From positions 167,942 through 231,941 of IMG/VR virus record IMGVR_UViG_3300021255_000114: DNA of 64,000 nt; one strand, 5' to 3'. Under the pieces are notes generated by a model. The model had not been told where the DNA came from. It searched no databases and worked only from the letters and a program-made list of their open reading frames with translations. The translations under genes and the position numbers were made by a program. This DNA is from a virus. Lineage: Duplodnaviria; Heunggongvirae; Uroviricota; Caudoviricetes. Below, piece by piece: positions 36,270 through 47,064 of the stretch (its first letter is position 1; each line of letters opens with the position of its first letter).

Positions 36270-36771
36270 ACTTGGTATTGATGTCAATACAGCGGAGGAA
36301 TATCCGAAATTTGATCCTGAGAAACATAACACAATCGGAAACAAGGTTGAAATGGAGCCTGAATGGAAATTCGCCACCCGTTTCAAATTCAGGGGAAAAA
36401 CCATTGATGGGGGTGATTGGGTCTATGGAAGGAACATACAGAATCAGATTGATGGGACTGGCCGTGTTTGCATCGATGAGAAATGCAAACAATGTTGGCT
36501 TGTACCCGAAACTGTTGGACAGTATGTAAGCCTAAATGATAAAAACGGTAAGGAAATATACGAAGGTGATATTCTTGAATGCACGGCATACGATCAATCT
36601 TCATGTATAATGGCTGTAGAATGGGACAATAAATTCGACTCGGCGGCTTTCAGGGTTGTTGATTCCAATGGTTATTGGCATGATTTTCATGATTATGTTA
36701 GTTTTGAAGTTATTGGAAACATTCACGATAATCCGGAACTTTTTAAAACGATTGATAATAATTGTTTTTAA
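36223..36771 (+). CDS. YopX family protein
   Basis: FKFRG...WVYG...VGQY...DKNGKEIYEGDI...EVIGNIHDNPEL. Confidence 0.9.
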   Translation: MVKNNTIHEQAEKLIELGIDVNTAEEYPKFDPEKHNTIGNKVEMEPEWKFATRFKFRGKTIDGGDWVYGRNIQNQIDGTGRVCIDEKCKQCWLVPETVGQYVSLNDKNGKEIYEGDILECTAYDQSSCIMAVEWDNKFDSAAFRVVDSNGYWHDFHDYVSFEVIGNIHDNPELFKTIDNNCF

Positions 36772-36783
36772 TCACAAAAATGT

Positions 36784-36999
36784 ATGGCACTTTGGGTTAT
36801 ATTCGGAATTATTTGGCTCGTTGTGGCCGCTGCATTCACTATTGTCATGGGTCTAAAAGATTATAATAGTGGAAACGAACTTATTGATTATGTTTTCTTT
36901 TTCTGCTCTAGCCTTTTATGGCCAATTAGTTTCCCATTAACAACAATTGCATGGTTATTTAAATGGATTGTTGAAAAAATTCATGATCATTTTGTATAA
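36784..36999 (+). CDS. Small membrane protein
   Basis: Two hydrophobic segments. Confidence 0.6.
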   Translation: MALWVIFGIIWLVVAAAFTIVMGLKDYNSGNELIDYVFFFCSSLLWPISFPLTTIAWLFKWIVEKIHDHFV

Positions 37000-37439
37000 A
37001 TCCTTCCGGAAGTAGTGTTTTTAAGAAAAAGAATATAGTAATGTACAAAATGTATGGTTACGGCAGGGGAAACTATTTCCTGACCGGTTCGAAAGGAGCG
37101 GCTCAAATAGATGAAGCAATGAGGAAATTGGAGGGAGAACGCGGCCTTATGTTGAAAACGAGGCGTAAACACGTAACACTTCAATTTCTATTGGGTCCGC
37201 ACAAGAAGAGTGGAACAAACGTCTAATTTCAAAGACAATTATTACCACAAATAAAATAAGCAAATATAAAAGAAATAAATGAGTAAAATAATATTTTATA
37301 TTATCCGTTGCCCAAAATGTAAAAATGGTGTGGTGAAAAGTAGTTTATTTATAAATTCACCATTTATTACGTGCCCTTCTTGTGGTAATAGAATTCATTT
37401 TAAAAATAACATAATTAAAAAATTTACTTAAAATAAACT

Positions 37440-37634
37440 ATGGATAGTATACCACACATATTCGACTCCATGAAGAAGGAGGATTTCAACTTCGACGAGG
37501 TTGGAACAAGATTCCAAAACGATACGTTGGTTGTCTATTACGGGGAGTACACATTGAGCATAGAGCGTTTCTTCTATATTAGAAACCAATCCGGCATTGT
37601 AACGTTAAACGATTTTAAACAAGGAATTTCATGA
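37440..37634 (+). CDS. Hypothetical protein
   Basis: Open frame. Confidence 0.5.
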   Translation: MDSIPHIFDSMKKEDFNFDEVGTRFQNDTLVVYYGEYTLSIERFFYIRNQSGIVTLNDFKQGIS

Positions 37635-37894
37635 TAACATATTTAACTGACAAACGAAAATCCTATCTTGAGGATAAGGACAGGGAGGACATCTGTGCCT
37701 GTGTATGCGATTTTGAAACCGGCAACCATCTTTTAGGCAGACCGCGTAGTTTATCGCATATGGCGCTTATGATGTATCTCGGGGAATTGTCCGACCGTCA
37801 ACCGAATAATGAAATTGAGGAAGAAATCAAGATGTACTTCAAGGCATGCACGGACAAATACCTGATGGACGAATACGAGAAAAAATATAAGTAA
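37631..37894 (+). CDS. Hypothetical protein
   Basis: Coupled open frame. Confidence 0.5.
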   Translation: MITYLTDKRKSYLEDKDREDICACVCDFETGNHLLGRPRSLSHMALMMYLGELSDRQPNNEIEEEIKMYFKACTDKYLMDEYEKKYK

Positions 37895-37984
37895 GCATTT
37901 TTAACAATTTTTAAGAAAAAAGTTTATTCAGGATGCCAAAAATTAGGTATCTTTGCATCGTTGAAACAAATAAAAGAAATTAAC

Positions 37985-38527
37985 ATGAAGCGAATTGGTA
38001 TTATCATCGGCGTATGTATTGCCGCAGTTATCGGAATTACATGGATTAGCATGTATTTCAGTTACAACAACAAGGAAATTGCACTTCGTAAGGAAGCATC
38101 CGCGCAGGAGAAGAAAATCGAGGTTGTCTACGACAAGATGTGGAAGGTGATTTCGCAGAAAGCACAAATTTCCGCTGAATATAAAGAGAGTTTTCACGAA
38201 ATCTACAAGGACATTATCGGTGGGCGATACAGCAACGGGGACGGAAGCCTGATGAAGTGGATCACTGAAGCCAACCCTGAATTCGACGCATCGATTTACA
38301 AGGACCTTATGAATTCTGTTGAGGTGTTACGCACCGAGTTTCAACACTCTCAGGAACGTATCGTAGACATTATAAGGGAACATTCCACATTATGCGAGAC
38401 ATATCCCGGCTGCTGGTTTATCAAAAATACCGAACCTATCGAATATGAGGTTATTTCGTCTACACAGTCCAAGTCGGTAATGGAAACCCGTATGGACGAT
38501 GATGTTGATCTTTTCAAGAAAAATTAA
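37985..38527 (+). CDS. Membrane-anchored protein, LemA-like architecture
   Basis: N-terminal TM then coiled coil. Confidence 0.6.
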   Translation: MKRIGIIIGVCIAAVIGITWISMYFSYNNKEIALRKEASAQEKKIEVVYDKMWKVISQKAQISAEYKESFHEIYKDIIGGRYSNGDGSLMKWITEANPEFDASIYKDLMNSVEVLRTEFQHSQERIVDIIREHSTLCETYPGCWFIKNTEPIEYEVISSTQSKSVMETRMDDDVDLFKKN

Positions 38528-38541
38528 AGATAAAGAAGAAA

Positions 38542-39666
38542 ATGCCCGTTCTAATTTCATTCTTCATACCCTTCATTACCGCAGGTGTTCTTCTGTATTT
38601 CTTCAAGAAGAACGTAACTACTTGGGAGTGGCTTGCGCTTGTTGGATCTTCGATTGTGTTTATCATCATAGTGTATTTTGCCTCCAAGGCGATTTCCCAA
38701 CAGGACACGGAGTACCTTGGCGGATATGTAACAGAAATAAAACACTACGATGATTGGAATGAGAGGGTCAGAAAAACACGGGAGGTGCCATGCGGAACTG
38801 ACAAAGACGGGCATACAACATATTGTACCGAAACCTATTATGAAACGGAATATCATCCCGAGTATTGGGTGATGATAACCACGTTGGATAAATTCGAACA
38901 ACGCATAAAGAAGGAAACCTTCGAACGTTTCAAAAAACGTCTGAATTCTCCCGAGATATTCATTGACATGCACCGCCATTATTATACAAACGACGGCGAC
39001 GCCCAATCCCACAAATGGCTTGGGACTCGGAATACCATTATACCGGTAACGGAGGAGCACAGTTATCATAATCCAATGAAAAACTCGAATTCGATATTCA
39101 GATATTCCGAGATAGACAAGGATTCGGCAAAAGTTCTTGGTTTATATGACTATCCGAAATTCAGCCTATACAACCAAAATCCGATAATCGGATGCAAGGC
39201 TACTGAAAGAAGCAAGGAACAGTTGAATTATGTGAATGCAATGTTCGGTGCAAAATACCAATTCAGGTGCTATATCCTTGTATATCCCGCCGAGAAGGGA
39301 TTGGTTATATCGGAAATGCAGAAAGGCTATTGGCAGGGAGGGAATAAAAACGAACTCATCGTCTGCCTGGGTGTCAACAAGAACAGTGAGGTAGAATGGT
39401 GCAACGCATTCTCGTGGTGCGATGAACCTTGGCTTGAGGTAGAGACCCGCAGTTGGTTCAGCAAGCACACAAAACTGAATCTATATGAATATGGTGTATG
39501 GCTTGAGAAAAATGTTCCAACAAAGTGGAAACGCAAGGAATTCAAGGATTTCGACTACATACAGTCAAGTTTACCGGCCGGTGCCAAATGGGTCATTTTT
39601 GCGCTGACAATGGTTTTCTGTATTGGTTTTAGCGTTTTTGTGGTGGAAAATTGGGAGGATAGGTAG
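38542..39666 (+). CDS. Membrane protein
   Basis: Two N-terminal and one C-terminal TM. Confidence 0.7.
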   Translation: MPVLISFFIPFITAGVLLYFFKKNVTTWEWLALVGSSIVFIIIVYFASKAISQQDTEYLGGYVTEIKHYDDWNERVRKTREVPCGTDKDGHTTYCTETYYETEYHPEYWVMITTLDKFEQRIKKETFERFKKRLNSPEIFIDMHRHYYTNDGDAQSHKWLGTRNTIIPVTEEHSYHNPMKNSNSIFRYSEIDKDSAKVLGLYDYPKFSLYNQNPIIGCKATERSKEQLNYVNAMFGAKYQFRCYILVYPAEKGLVISEMQKGYWQGGNKNELIVCLGVNKNSEVEWCNAFSWCDEPWLEVETRSWFSKHTKLNLYEYGVWLEKNVPTKWKRKEFKDFDYIQSSLPAGAKWVIFALTMVFCIGFSVFVVENWEDR

Positions 39667-39721
39667 AAATTCAAAAGAAAAAAGTATATTTAAATTATTA
39701 AATTATTAAACTGAAAGGAAA

Positions 39722-40435
39722 ATGAGCAAATATTGTTCGATGAAATGTGCGAAGCCGGATGAGAAGGATTTCGATGCATTCAGCAAACTAATGATTCTTG
39801 AAAATCTGTTCGACGGTAGGTATTGGTCAAGCCACGAGGATGAATGGAGGGAATGGAATGACGATGACGAGGATAAACAAGAGTTATTTAAATGCGAGAA
39901 ACGGGTACGTGACTTCTACGACTTATCTGAAACCGATGACGTGTACAACGATATTATCCTTTGTGAATATGTAAGACGTCTCTTCAGGGGCAAGTCATCT
40001 GCATTCCGTCGTGTTGAGATGGCTGCAATGATGGGTATTGACAACTGTTTCGACCCCGATATCGACTATATTGATTGGAAACCGGAAATTAAAAACGCCA
40101 TTGCCTTCTATAATGAAAACAAAGAGTTTGTTGACAATTGGGTGAAGAAAAACGTACTTCCCGAAGAGGAAGAGGATTGCAGAGTCTACGGTATCAATGG
40201 GCCATACTGCGAAAACCATGGATATGTGAAGGATGGGGATGAATACAGTCTTGATACGGATGAATGTACCATTACCTATAATTTCGAGAAAATGACAATG
40301 ACCATTTCGTTAAAACGTGAGGAGAAAAAATCGGTTACGATACATAAAGAGAGGCTTACGCTCTTTGATCTCCGTGAAAATCTGCGTATACTCAAGTGCC
40401 CGAAAACATTGGAGCTTGTAGGAACAAACCTTTAA
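39722..40435 (+). CDS. Hypothetical protein
   Basis: 237-aa open frame. Confidence 0.65.
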   Translation: MSKYCSMKCAKPDEKDFDAFSKLMILENLFDGRYWSSHEDEWREWNDDDEDKQELFKCEKRVRDFYDLSETDDVYNDIILCEYVRRLFRGKSSAFRRVEMAAMMGIDNCFDPDIDYIDWKPEIKNAIAFYNENKEFVDNWVKKNVLPEEEEDCRVYGINGPYCENHGYVKDGDEYSLDTDECTITYNFEKMTMTISLKREEKKSVTIHKERLTLFDLRENLRILKCPKTLELVGTNL

Positions 40436-40517
40436 CATTTTTTAAGGAAAAAGATTTGGCCAATCCAAAAACATTAGGTATCTTTGCACTGTTGAAAATC
40501 AAAAAACGTTAAATTAT

Positions 40518-41633
40518 ATGGCTAAAGAAAATTCGACGGATGTTTCTGTTCAGAAATCCGAAACTTCCCTGTCAATCAACAATTATCAGTATGACGAGAA
40601 GATTGCCCTTCTGACGCCGGCAGAGCGTGAGCATTATGATAAACTGGCAGCTTCCATTAACCCGCAGGATGCAAACAGCATTCAAACTTACGGCACCGAA
40701 TTGAGCAAAACCATCGCCCGTACGGGTGACACGCTACTTCAGTCCGTTCGTTCCACGAGCAACAACGACTTGGCGCAGCTTACCAACGACCTGCTTGGAG
40801 AACTCAACCTTATTAATGTGGATGAGTTGGGGAACGATGGCAAGATTAAGTCAATCATCCGTAACATCCCCATTCTCCGCAAACTTGTCAAGACGGTGGA
40901 GAGTGTCATGGTTAAATATGACACCATTTCCGGCAATGTGGATAAAATTTCGAAAAAAATCGACCAAACCCGCATTGTCGCCATGCGTGACAACAGTTCG
41001 CTTGCACAGATTTTCGATTCTGATAAGGAATATATCCGTCAGATGCGCGAACTTATACTTGCTGCCAAGATAAAGGTGCAGGAGTTGAATGCGCAAATTG
41101 ACGACATGGTTGCCAATCCCGACAAATACGAGGCCTTCGACACCAAAAAGATGATAAGTTTCCGCAACTCGCTCGAAAAGCGTATTGCTGATATGCAGAC
41201 TTCCGAATACACCCTTACGCAAAGTCTTTTCCAGGTTGAAGCCATTGCCGCAGGTAATTCCGAACTTGCACAGCGTGCGGACAACATTGTCAACAACGTT
41301 ATTCCAATTTGGCGCAATCAGCTGGCAAATTCCGTCATCATCCACAATCAGCAGAACAGTATTGAAGCCCAGCAGAAAATCGTCGAGGCCACCAACAAGA
41401 TGCTCAAGGTCAACGCTGAAAACATCCATCGTAATGCAGTTGCGGTTGCCAAGGCCAACGAGGATCCGGTCATTGCACTTGAGACCCTTGAGCACACCAC
41501 ACAGGAATTGGTCAACACCATCCACGAGGTTAAACAAATACATGATCAGGGTGCTGCCAATCGTAAGAACCTCGAATCTTCGTTGAAGAAGTACTCAGAG
41601 CAGCTTGAAAACGCCATTTCTGGAAATGCCTAA
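40518..41633 (+). CDS. TelA/KlaA toxic anion resistance family protein
   Basis: SIQTYG...KKRIADMQ...IPIWRNQL...EDPVIALETL. Confidence 0.85.
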   Translation: MAKENSTDVSVQKSETSLSINNYQYDEKIALLTPAEREHYDKLAASINPQDANSIQTYGTELSKTIARTGDTLLQSVRSTSNNDLAQLTNDLLGELNLINVDELGNDGKIKSIIRNIPILRKLVKTVESVMVKYDTISGNVDKISKKIDQTRIVAMRDNSSLAQIFDSDKEYIRQMRELILAAKIKVQELNAQIDDMVANPDKYEAFDTKKMISFRNSLEKRIADMQTSEYTLTQSLFQVEAIAAGNSELAQRADNIVNNVIPIWRNQLANSVIIHNQQNSIEAQQKIVEATNKMLKVNAENIHRNAVAVAKANEDPVIALETLEHTTQELVNTIHEVKQIHDQGAANRKNLESSLKKYSEQLENAISGNA

Positions 41634-42259
41634 TGTCGCAATCACCAAAAGCTAAGCCTATGAAAATACAGACGATTGTTGGTGGCAAGACAAGTGACCC
41701 GGAACGCCTGTATACACTTGGTGAAGTGTCAGGCGGGACAGGCATAAAGTCTTCCGAATTAAGGGATATATACAAAAAGAATGGTTTTACAACCTATAAT
41801 ATAGGGAATGCTGTATGTATTTCAGAAACGGATTATAAAACCTTGCTTCGTGATTCAGAAGTGAAGGATACGGAAACGCAAGGGGCGGAGACTATTCAAG
41901 AGGAATCCGCCCTGATTAAGACCAAACGCGATTACAAGAACGAGGCAAAAGCAAAAGTAAAACGGAAATTCAAAATAGGTGATTTAATATCACTTAAAAT
42001 TAAATCCAAAGGTGGTTCCAAAGAAGTCATAAAAGGCTTCAAAGTGGTGAAATTCGTTTATTCAATGAATGATACTGAAACCAATGCCCTTATCTTAAAA
42101 CAGATATATGGGCCGAAAGGAACAATGTACACCTTAAACAGACACGATTGTAAAAAACTGCACATCAAATATGAACCCGGTTTGCAAGTATTCTCAATGC
42201 TGCTTAATTGGGGATTATTCAAACCAAGAAACGAGGAAAGAAATGCAAAACAGAACTGA
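41633..42259 (+). CDS. Hypothetical protein
   Basis: Open frame. Confidence 0.6.
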   Translation: MSQSPKAKPMKIQTIVGGKTSDPERLYTLGEVSGGTGIKSSELRDIYKKNGFTTYNIGNAVCISETDYKTLLRDSEVKDTETQGAETIQEESALIKTKRDYKNEAKAKVKRKFKIGDLISLKIKSKGGSKEVIKGFKVVKFVYSMNDTETNALILKQIYGPKGTMYTLNRHDCKKLHIKYEPGLQVFSMLLNWGLFKPRNEERNAKQN

Positions 42260-42455
42260 ATTCATTAGACTGCACAAGGCAGAGACGAATACAAGTCTTG
42301 TGGTGAATGTCGCTGACATTGAATATATCACTGTCGGTGAGGGAGTGGACAAAATCTCCGTTGTGGTTCTCCGCGATTCCCGCGTGGAGCCATTCGCAGT
42401 GAACGAAACACCTGACAAAATCTACAAAATGTTAAGTGTACAGACAAAAGGTTGA
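42243..42455 (+). CDS. Hypothetical protein
   Basis: Open frame. Confidence 0.55.
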   Translation: MQNRTEFIRLHKAETNTSLVVNVADIEYITVGEGVDKISVVVLRDSRVEPFAVNETPDKIYKMLSVQTKG

Positions 42456-42893
42456 AAACTAATAGTTAGAACCAAAGGCGGGCGATTCTTGAAAAGCCAA
42501 ACACATACACCGTCGTTACAACCATATAAAGTGCATACGGCGGCGATTGACCAAGAATACCCTGAATGCTAAACGGCTTATCGGGGCGCATGGTGGTGGA
42601 GAGAGGTTGAAACGGTTGACAAATGGAGAGCCATTATACCTGTTTTTCAGAATAGCAAATGTTTTGATTCAATTTGAGGAGCCCCAGTTTACTGAAGATT
42701 TAGAATTATTTTAAGTTATTTTAAGGGGTAACGCGATGATAAACATATATGATAGTATCGCTTATAGAATGAACAACAAATGTCCCTGTGGATTCGAAGT
42801 TTCGATACCGTGGATTCCGATTGAAACGACTATGAAGAACTTTAAGTTTCGCCGCGCATCAGGACATGTCCGCCAATGGTTTGTTTTTAATAT

Positions 42894-43292
42894 ATGGAGA
42901 AAACGGAAAATTGTGAGGAATGCAATAATAGGTTTCAGGTTTTATGGAACAAAATTGTTTATTTCTTCAGCAAAAAGCAAAAACTTATACCCAAAACAGA
43001 AGCCTTCGATGAATCGACATACGGCAAGTGCATGACAAAGGCACAATATATTGCCAACAAACAAGTGAATATCAATGCACAGATTAGGGAGAAAATAGGA
43101 AATGTGGCTTACAACGCAACAGATTTCGAGAAATATTTCCTGATACTTCCGTTCAATGAAACTGAGGAAGAATGTGCGGAGGAAATACTTAAACCATTCA
43201 TTGAGAGCGGATATAAAGTAGAGAAAATATCGGATTTTTTCCAAACACTTACGGGCACAAATGTTTATATGTTAAATTGGAGAAAATCTTGA
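42894..43292 (+). CDS. Hypothetical protein
   Basis: Open frame. Confidence 0.55.
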   Translation: MEKTENCEECNNRFQVLWNKIVYFFSKKQKLIPKTEAFDESTYGKCMTKAQYIANKQVNINAQIREKIGNVAYNATDFEKYFLILPFNETEEECAEEILKPFIESGYKVEKISDFFQTLTGTNVYMLNWRKS

Positions 43293-43362
43293 AAAAGGAG
43301 AGGGAAAACACTACATTTGAATAGTAAGAAAAATTAAAAAATAACTTTTTAATATTAAAGAA

Positions 43363-44358
43363 ATGAAGCGGCGAGTTGATGTTGTTTTTACACAGCAGAA
43401 AATCGATGACGAACAGGAGTTGGGGCGTTTGAAACACTACTACTTCCTTGTAGACGTCACCACGGATCGTAATGCAGGTCTATATGAAGGTGAACTTATC
43501 AAGGTTCCCAAGTATGACACCCCGATGCAGATTTGTGGGTTTTACAGAATCAACGGGGAATATTACAATGGGGTTAAACTCCAGTCCCTCAATTATGGAG
43601 AAATCACGAAAGTTAAATCAACAGCAAAAAAAGACAAAAAAATGAAAAGCAACAAAGTTATGTCCACATTCATGGACAATTTCAAACGTCAGTTCCTTCC
43701 CGAACTTGACAACAATCTTCGTATCTCATTGAACGGTCAGGTTTGCGCCCCAAAGGGCGGTCAGTACGTGGCAATCGACGCAAACAACGAGTTGGTTTCC
43801 TATCCTGCCGAGTTCACTATGGAGATGCCCGTCTACCTTATCAGCAAGAATGCCGATACAATTCAGTCCGGCGATGTTGTCCGTGATGGAAACAGTTACT
43901 CCAAGGTTATCGAGGTGAAACGCGACGAAAACGGCACCGTTCAGGAGTTCAAGACCCTTTCGTTCAGTGGCAGCGGCCACACTGTGAAACCTATCAAGGA
44001 TTTTGTGCTTGGCCAGAAAACCCTTATGGTAGTTGTCAACCTCTTCAACGGTTTTACCGGCGGCCAGATCAACCCAATGTTCATGCTGCTTGCCGACAAG
44101 GATGCCGACGAGGGTAACGACATGCTGATGATGTTCATTGCCATGCAAGCCATGAATCCCACCAACAACGGTATCATGAACAACATGAACCCCATGATGC
44201 TTATGATGCTTATGAACGGTGACGGAAGCAACGACATGTTCAAGACCATGTTTATGATGAACATGATGCAGAACATGAACGGTGCAAACGGAATGAATAT
44301 GTTTGGCAACATGTCTGAGATGTTCAATGTTCAGCCTAAACAGCAACTTAACGACTAA
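43363..44358 (+). CDS. Protein with Met/Asn-rich low-complexity C-terminus
   Basis: NPMMLMMLMN...MMNMMQNMN. Confidence 0.75.
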   Translation: MKRRVDVVFTQQKIDDEQELGRLKHYYFLVDVTTDRNAGLYEGELIKVPKYDTPMQICGFYRINGEYYNGVKLQSLNYGEITKVKSTAKKDKKMKSNKVMSTFMDNFKRQFLPELDNNLRISLNGQVCAPKGGQYVAIDANNELVSYPAEFTMEMPVYLISKNADTIQSGDVVRDGNSYSKVIEVKRDENGTVQEFKTLSFSGSGHTVKPIKDFVLGQKTLMVVVNLFNGFTGGQINPMFMLLADKDADEGNDMLMMFIAMQAMNPTNNGIMNNMNPMMLMMLMNGDGSNDMFKTMFMMNMMQNMNGANGMNMFGNMSEMFNVQPKQQLND

Positions 44359-44363
44359 AAGCC

Positions 44364-45200
44364 ATGGGTGGAGGATATTACAGTTATAGTGACGCTTCCA
44401 CGAGAAGCTACAATCTCCGCAGTTCGAATGTAAGCCGGGAGGAAATATTCCACAACCGTAAGATGGACAAGGATATGGATATCAAGGGGAAGGTCCGCGA
44501 GTCATGCGACGGTGTGGACCACCCCAAATCCTTCCCTATCATCATTGCGCTTGATGTTACGGGCAGCATGGGTGTTGTTCCTGAAAACCTCATCAAGGAA
44601 GGATTCCCTGAAATAATGAAGAAAATCATGGACGAGGGTGTAGAGGATCCTCAGGTCTGTTTCGTTGGTTTCGGCGATTTCTATTGTGATAAGGCGCCTA
44701 TTCAGGTTGGCCAATTTGAGTCATCCGATGAACTTACCGAGAAGTGGCTGAAAGCCATTTGGCTTGAAGGAGGCGGTGGAGGAAACGGTTCTGAGTCGGC
44801 AGCGTTATCCTATTATTTCGCTGCCAGACATACAAAAATAGATTCCTTCCTTAAGCGTAATAAGAAAGGTATACTCATTACCATTAGTGATGATGCCTGT
44901 AACGGCATTATTGATAAGGAAACAGGTAAAGCCCTTTTTGGTACTTGTGAAAAAGATGTAACTACCAGTGAAATCCTCGAGGAGGCCAAAAAGACTTGGG
45001 ATATCTACCATATCAACCTTATGGACTACCTCGGTCAACACGAATATGTCCGTAGGAATTGGAAAAAGATGCTTGGTGATCATTATATTGAAACCGAGAG
45101 TGCGGATGGCAAGGATATTCCTAACATCATTTCCGGTATCGTACTACGTTCTTACAATGAGTCTACGTCTGACGAGAAACTTACAAGTAATGTCGAGTGA
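44364..45200 (+). CDS. vWA domain protein
   Basis: LDVTGSM MIDAS; EGGGGGN. Confidence 0.85.
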   Translation: MGGGYYSYSDASTRSYNLRSSNVSREEIFHNRKMDKDMDIKGKVRESCDGVDHPKSFPIIIALDVTGSMGVVPENLIKEGFPEIMKKIMDEGVEDPQVCFVGFGDFYCDKAPIQVGQFESSDELTEKWLKAIWLEGGGGGNGSESAALSYYFAARHTKIDSFLKRNKKGILITISDDACNGIIDKETGKALFGTCEKDVTTSEILEEAKKTWDIYHINLMDYLGQHEYVRRNWKKMLGDHYIETESADGKDIPNIISGIVLRSYNESTSDEKLTSNVE

Positions 45201-45309
45201 CATAGGGTTTAACGTTTTTTAAGAAAAAAGTCGAGTATTGTCTCGACTTTTTTTGGTATCTTTGCAAAGGTGAAGGCAAAATATGTTCCATTTATAGTAT
45301 ATTTGTAAC

Positions 45310-45627
45310 ATGATAAAGAAGGAAATTAAAAACAGCGACTATATCAAAGACGGTGAAATAGGCATTGCCGAAATGAGCGTTACCTATATGCAAGAAGCGG
45401 ACACAAATGATAATCCTGATAACATTCAGGTTATGAAATTAACTGCAATACCCGGTGATGCCTGTATGGTTGAGTACAATCCGCAAAACCCGATATATTA
45501 TATCAACATGGAGATTGAACCTAAGGAAGATGGAACACCGGGTCATTGGAGTGTGTCCGAATTCGAAGACCTTCGCCAAATATTCGATGATTTTATGCAA
45601 CGATTGATAAACAACAAAAAGAAATAG
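45310..45627 (+). CDS. Hypothetical protein
   Basis: First gene after promoter. Confidence 0.55.
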   Translation: MIKKEIKNSDYIKDGEIGIAEMSVTYMQEADTNDNPDNIQVMKLTAIPGDACMVEYNPQNPIYYINMEIEPKEDGTPGHWSVSEFEDLRQIFDDFMQRLINNKKK

Positions 45628-45630
45628 AAA

Positions 45631-46230
45631 ATGGATAGAAAATGTAAGAAAAGTGTTGATATCCTGTTAGTTATAGACATGCAGGATGATTTCATAACCG
45701 GCTCACTTGGGACAAAGGAGGCACAGGCCATTGTACCGAATGTACTCGAAAAGGTAAAGAATTTCAAAGGTGACTACATCATATTCACCCGTGACACGCA
45801 TACCGAAGATTACCTTTACACCAAGGAAGGTGAGAAACTCCCGATCCAACACTGTATACAGGGAACAAAAGGTTGGGAAATTGAGAAATCACTCAAAAAA
45901 TGGATTGATGACAATCATTTCGCCGGCGGTATCCCTGTGGGTATAATCAATAAGCCGACTTTCGGTTCGGTTCCTATGCAGGACGGTAGTAGTAACGTCA
46001 TCGACCGTGTGAAACGTGTTATGGAGGAGCATAATGCTGAGTGCCTAAACATCGAATGCTTAGGTCTCTGTACGGATATTTGTCTCATTTCCAATGTTTT
46101 AACACTGAAAGCATTTTTCTATGATTGTGCCGAAATCACCGTTGACAGTAGTTGCTGTGCCGGTGTTACACCAGAGAAACACGAGGCTGCATTGGAAGTT
46201 ATGCGTAGTTGCCAAATCAATATAATATGA
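45631..46230 (+). CDS. pncA: Nicotinamidase/isochorismatase-family cysteine hydrolase
   Basis: VIDMQDDF, RDTH, HCI.GT.GW, KPTFGS, GLCTDIC. Confidence 0.85.
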   Translation: MDRKCKKSVDILLVIDMQDDFITGSLGTKEAQAIVPNVLEKVKNFKGDYIIFTRDTHTEDYLYTKEGEKLPIQHCIQGTKGWEIEKSLKKWIDDNHFAGGIPVGIINKPTFGSVPMQDGSSNVIDRVKRVMEEHNAECLNIECLGLCTDICLISNVLTLKAFFYDCAEITVDSSCCAGVTPEKHEAALEVMRSCQINII

Positions 46231-46445
46231 TGAAACAAGCGACAATAAGAGACCTTGCACTTGAGGCGTGGCTACGCCGAAGGGACAAAGGTGAAATAGT
46301 GTGGCAAACCAAATCAGGTGAAATCATACCGATTCAAAAAATGAGTGACACACACTTGTTCAATGCGATTAACAAATTTTCTCAATACGAGGAGATGAAA
46401 AACATTGGTATTGATAGGTGGGATCTTCTTGGTTTGGACGATTAA
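46227..46445 (+). CDS. Hypothetical protein
   Basis: Coupled open frame. Confidence 0.55.
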   Translation: MMKQATIRDLALEAWLRRRDKGEIVWQTKSGEIIPIQKMSDTHLFNAINKFSQYEEMKNIGIDRWDLLGLDD

Positions 46446-46587
46446 GATTTTTTAATTCTCCGGTTTATACAGTACAGCATAATTTAGGTATCTTTACCAT
46501 GTTGAACAAAATCAAAATAGCGACAATAATATTGGGAACAGTGGCAGCATATGCGCTTGTTGCCGAAATTTTAAAAAAAAATTGAAA

Positions 46588-47064
46588 ATGAAGAAAAATA
46601 AACAGCACAAACAGTTTGACCGTAATCATCTCAAATTTGAGTTTGATAATGTTAGCTTTGAGACGGAGGGTGATACCATCCATTGCTCCATTACCGGATG
46701 TTTCGCCTCGACTTGGCCTTTGCATGATGTGGTTGAACGGGTATTCAAGCGTGAACAGTTCGATGGGGTTGATCTTGCCGGTCAATTTGACACTGTTATT
46801 GGTTGGACGGAATTCGAATCCATTGTGAAGTGCAATGATAACGACAAGTACGACGAAACTGTCGGCAAGCGTATCGCCGAATCCAAGTGCAAGGCCAAAA
46901 TCTATGTGAAGGCGATGAAACTCATCAGTGACATTGCCGAGGAATCCGAGAAGGAAATTCAGCAACTGAAAAATGTCGGTGCAAAGTATCTTGGTTACTA
47001 CGCCAAGGAACGCATGCATCAGTTCAAGGTGGATTATGGGCACAATGGAGACACTGCGAAGTGA
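46588..47064 (+). CDS. Hypothetical protein, related to 51727-52368
   Basis: DETVGKRIAESKCKAK vs NETTGKIIAEAKAKRK. Confidence 0.65.
   Translation: MKKNKQHKQFDRNHLKFEFDNVSFETEGDTIHCSITGCFASTWPLHDVVERVFKREQFDGVDLAGQFDTVIGWTEFESIVKCNDNDKYDETVGKRIAESKCKAKIYVKAMKLISDIAEESEKEIQQLKNVGAKYLGYYAKERMHQFKVDYGHNGDTAK

Noticed and set aside
43726-44346. Minus-strand His-rich ORF
   Set aside because: Antisense shadow of the ATG-rich + strand gene
46973-47044. Extended N-terminus of smpB ORF in the track
   Set aside because: Overlaps the upstream gene; SmpB homology starts at 47045 or later
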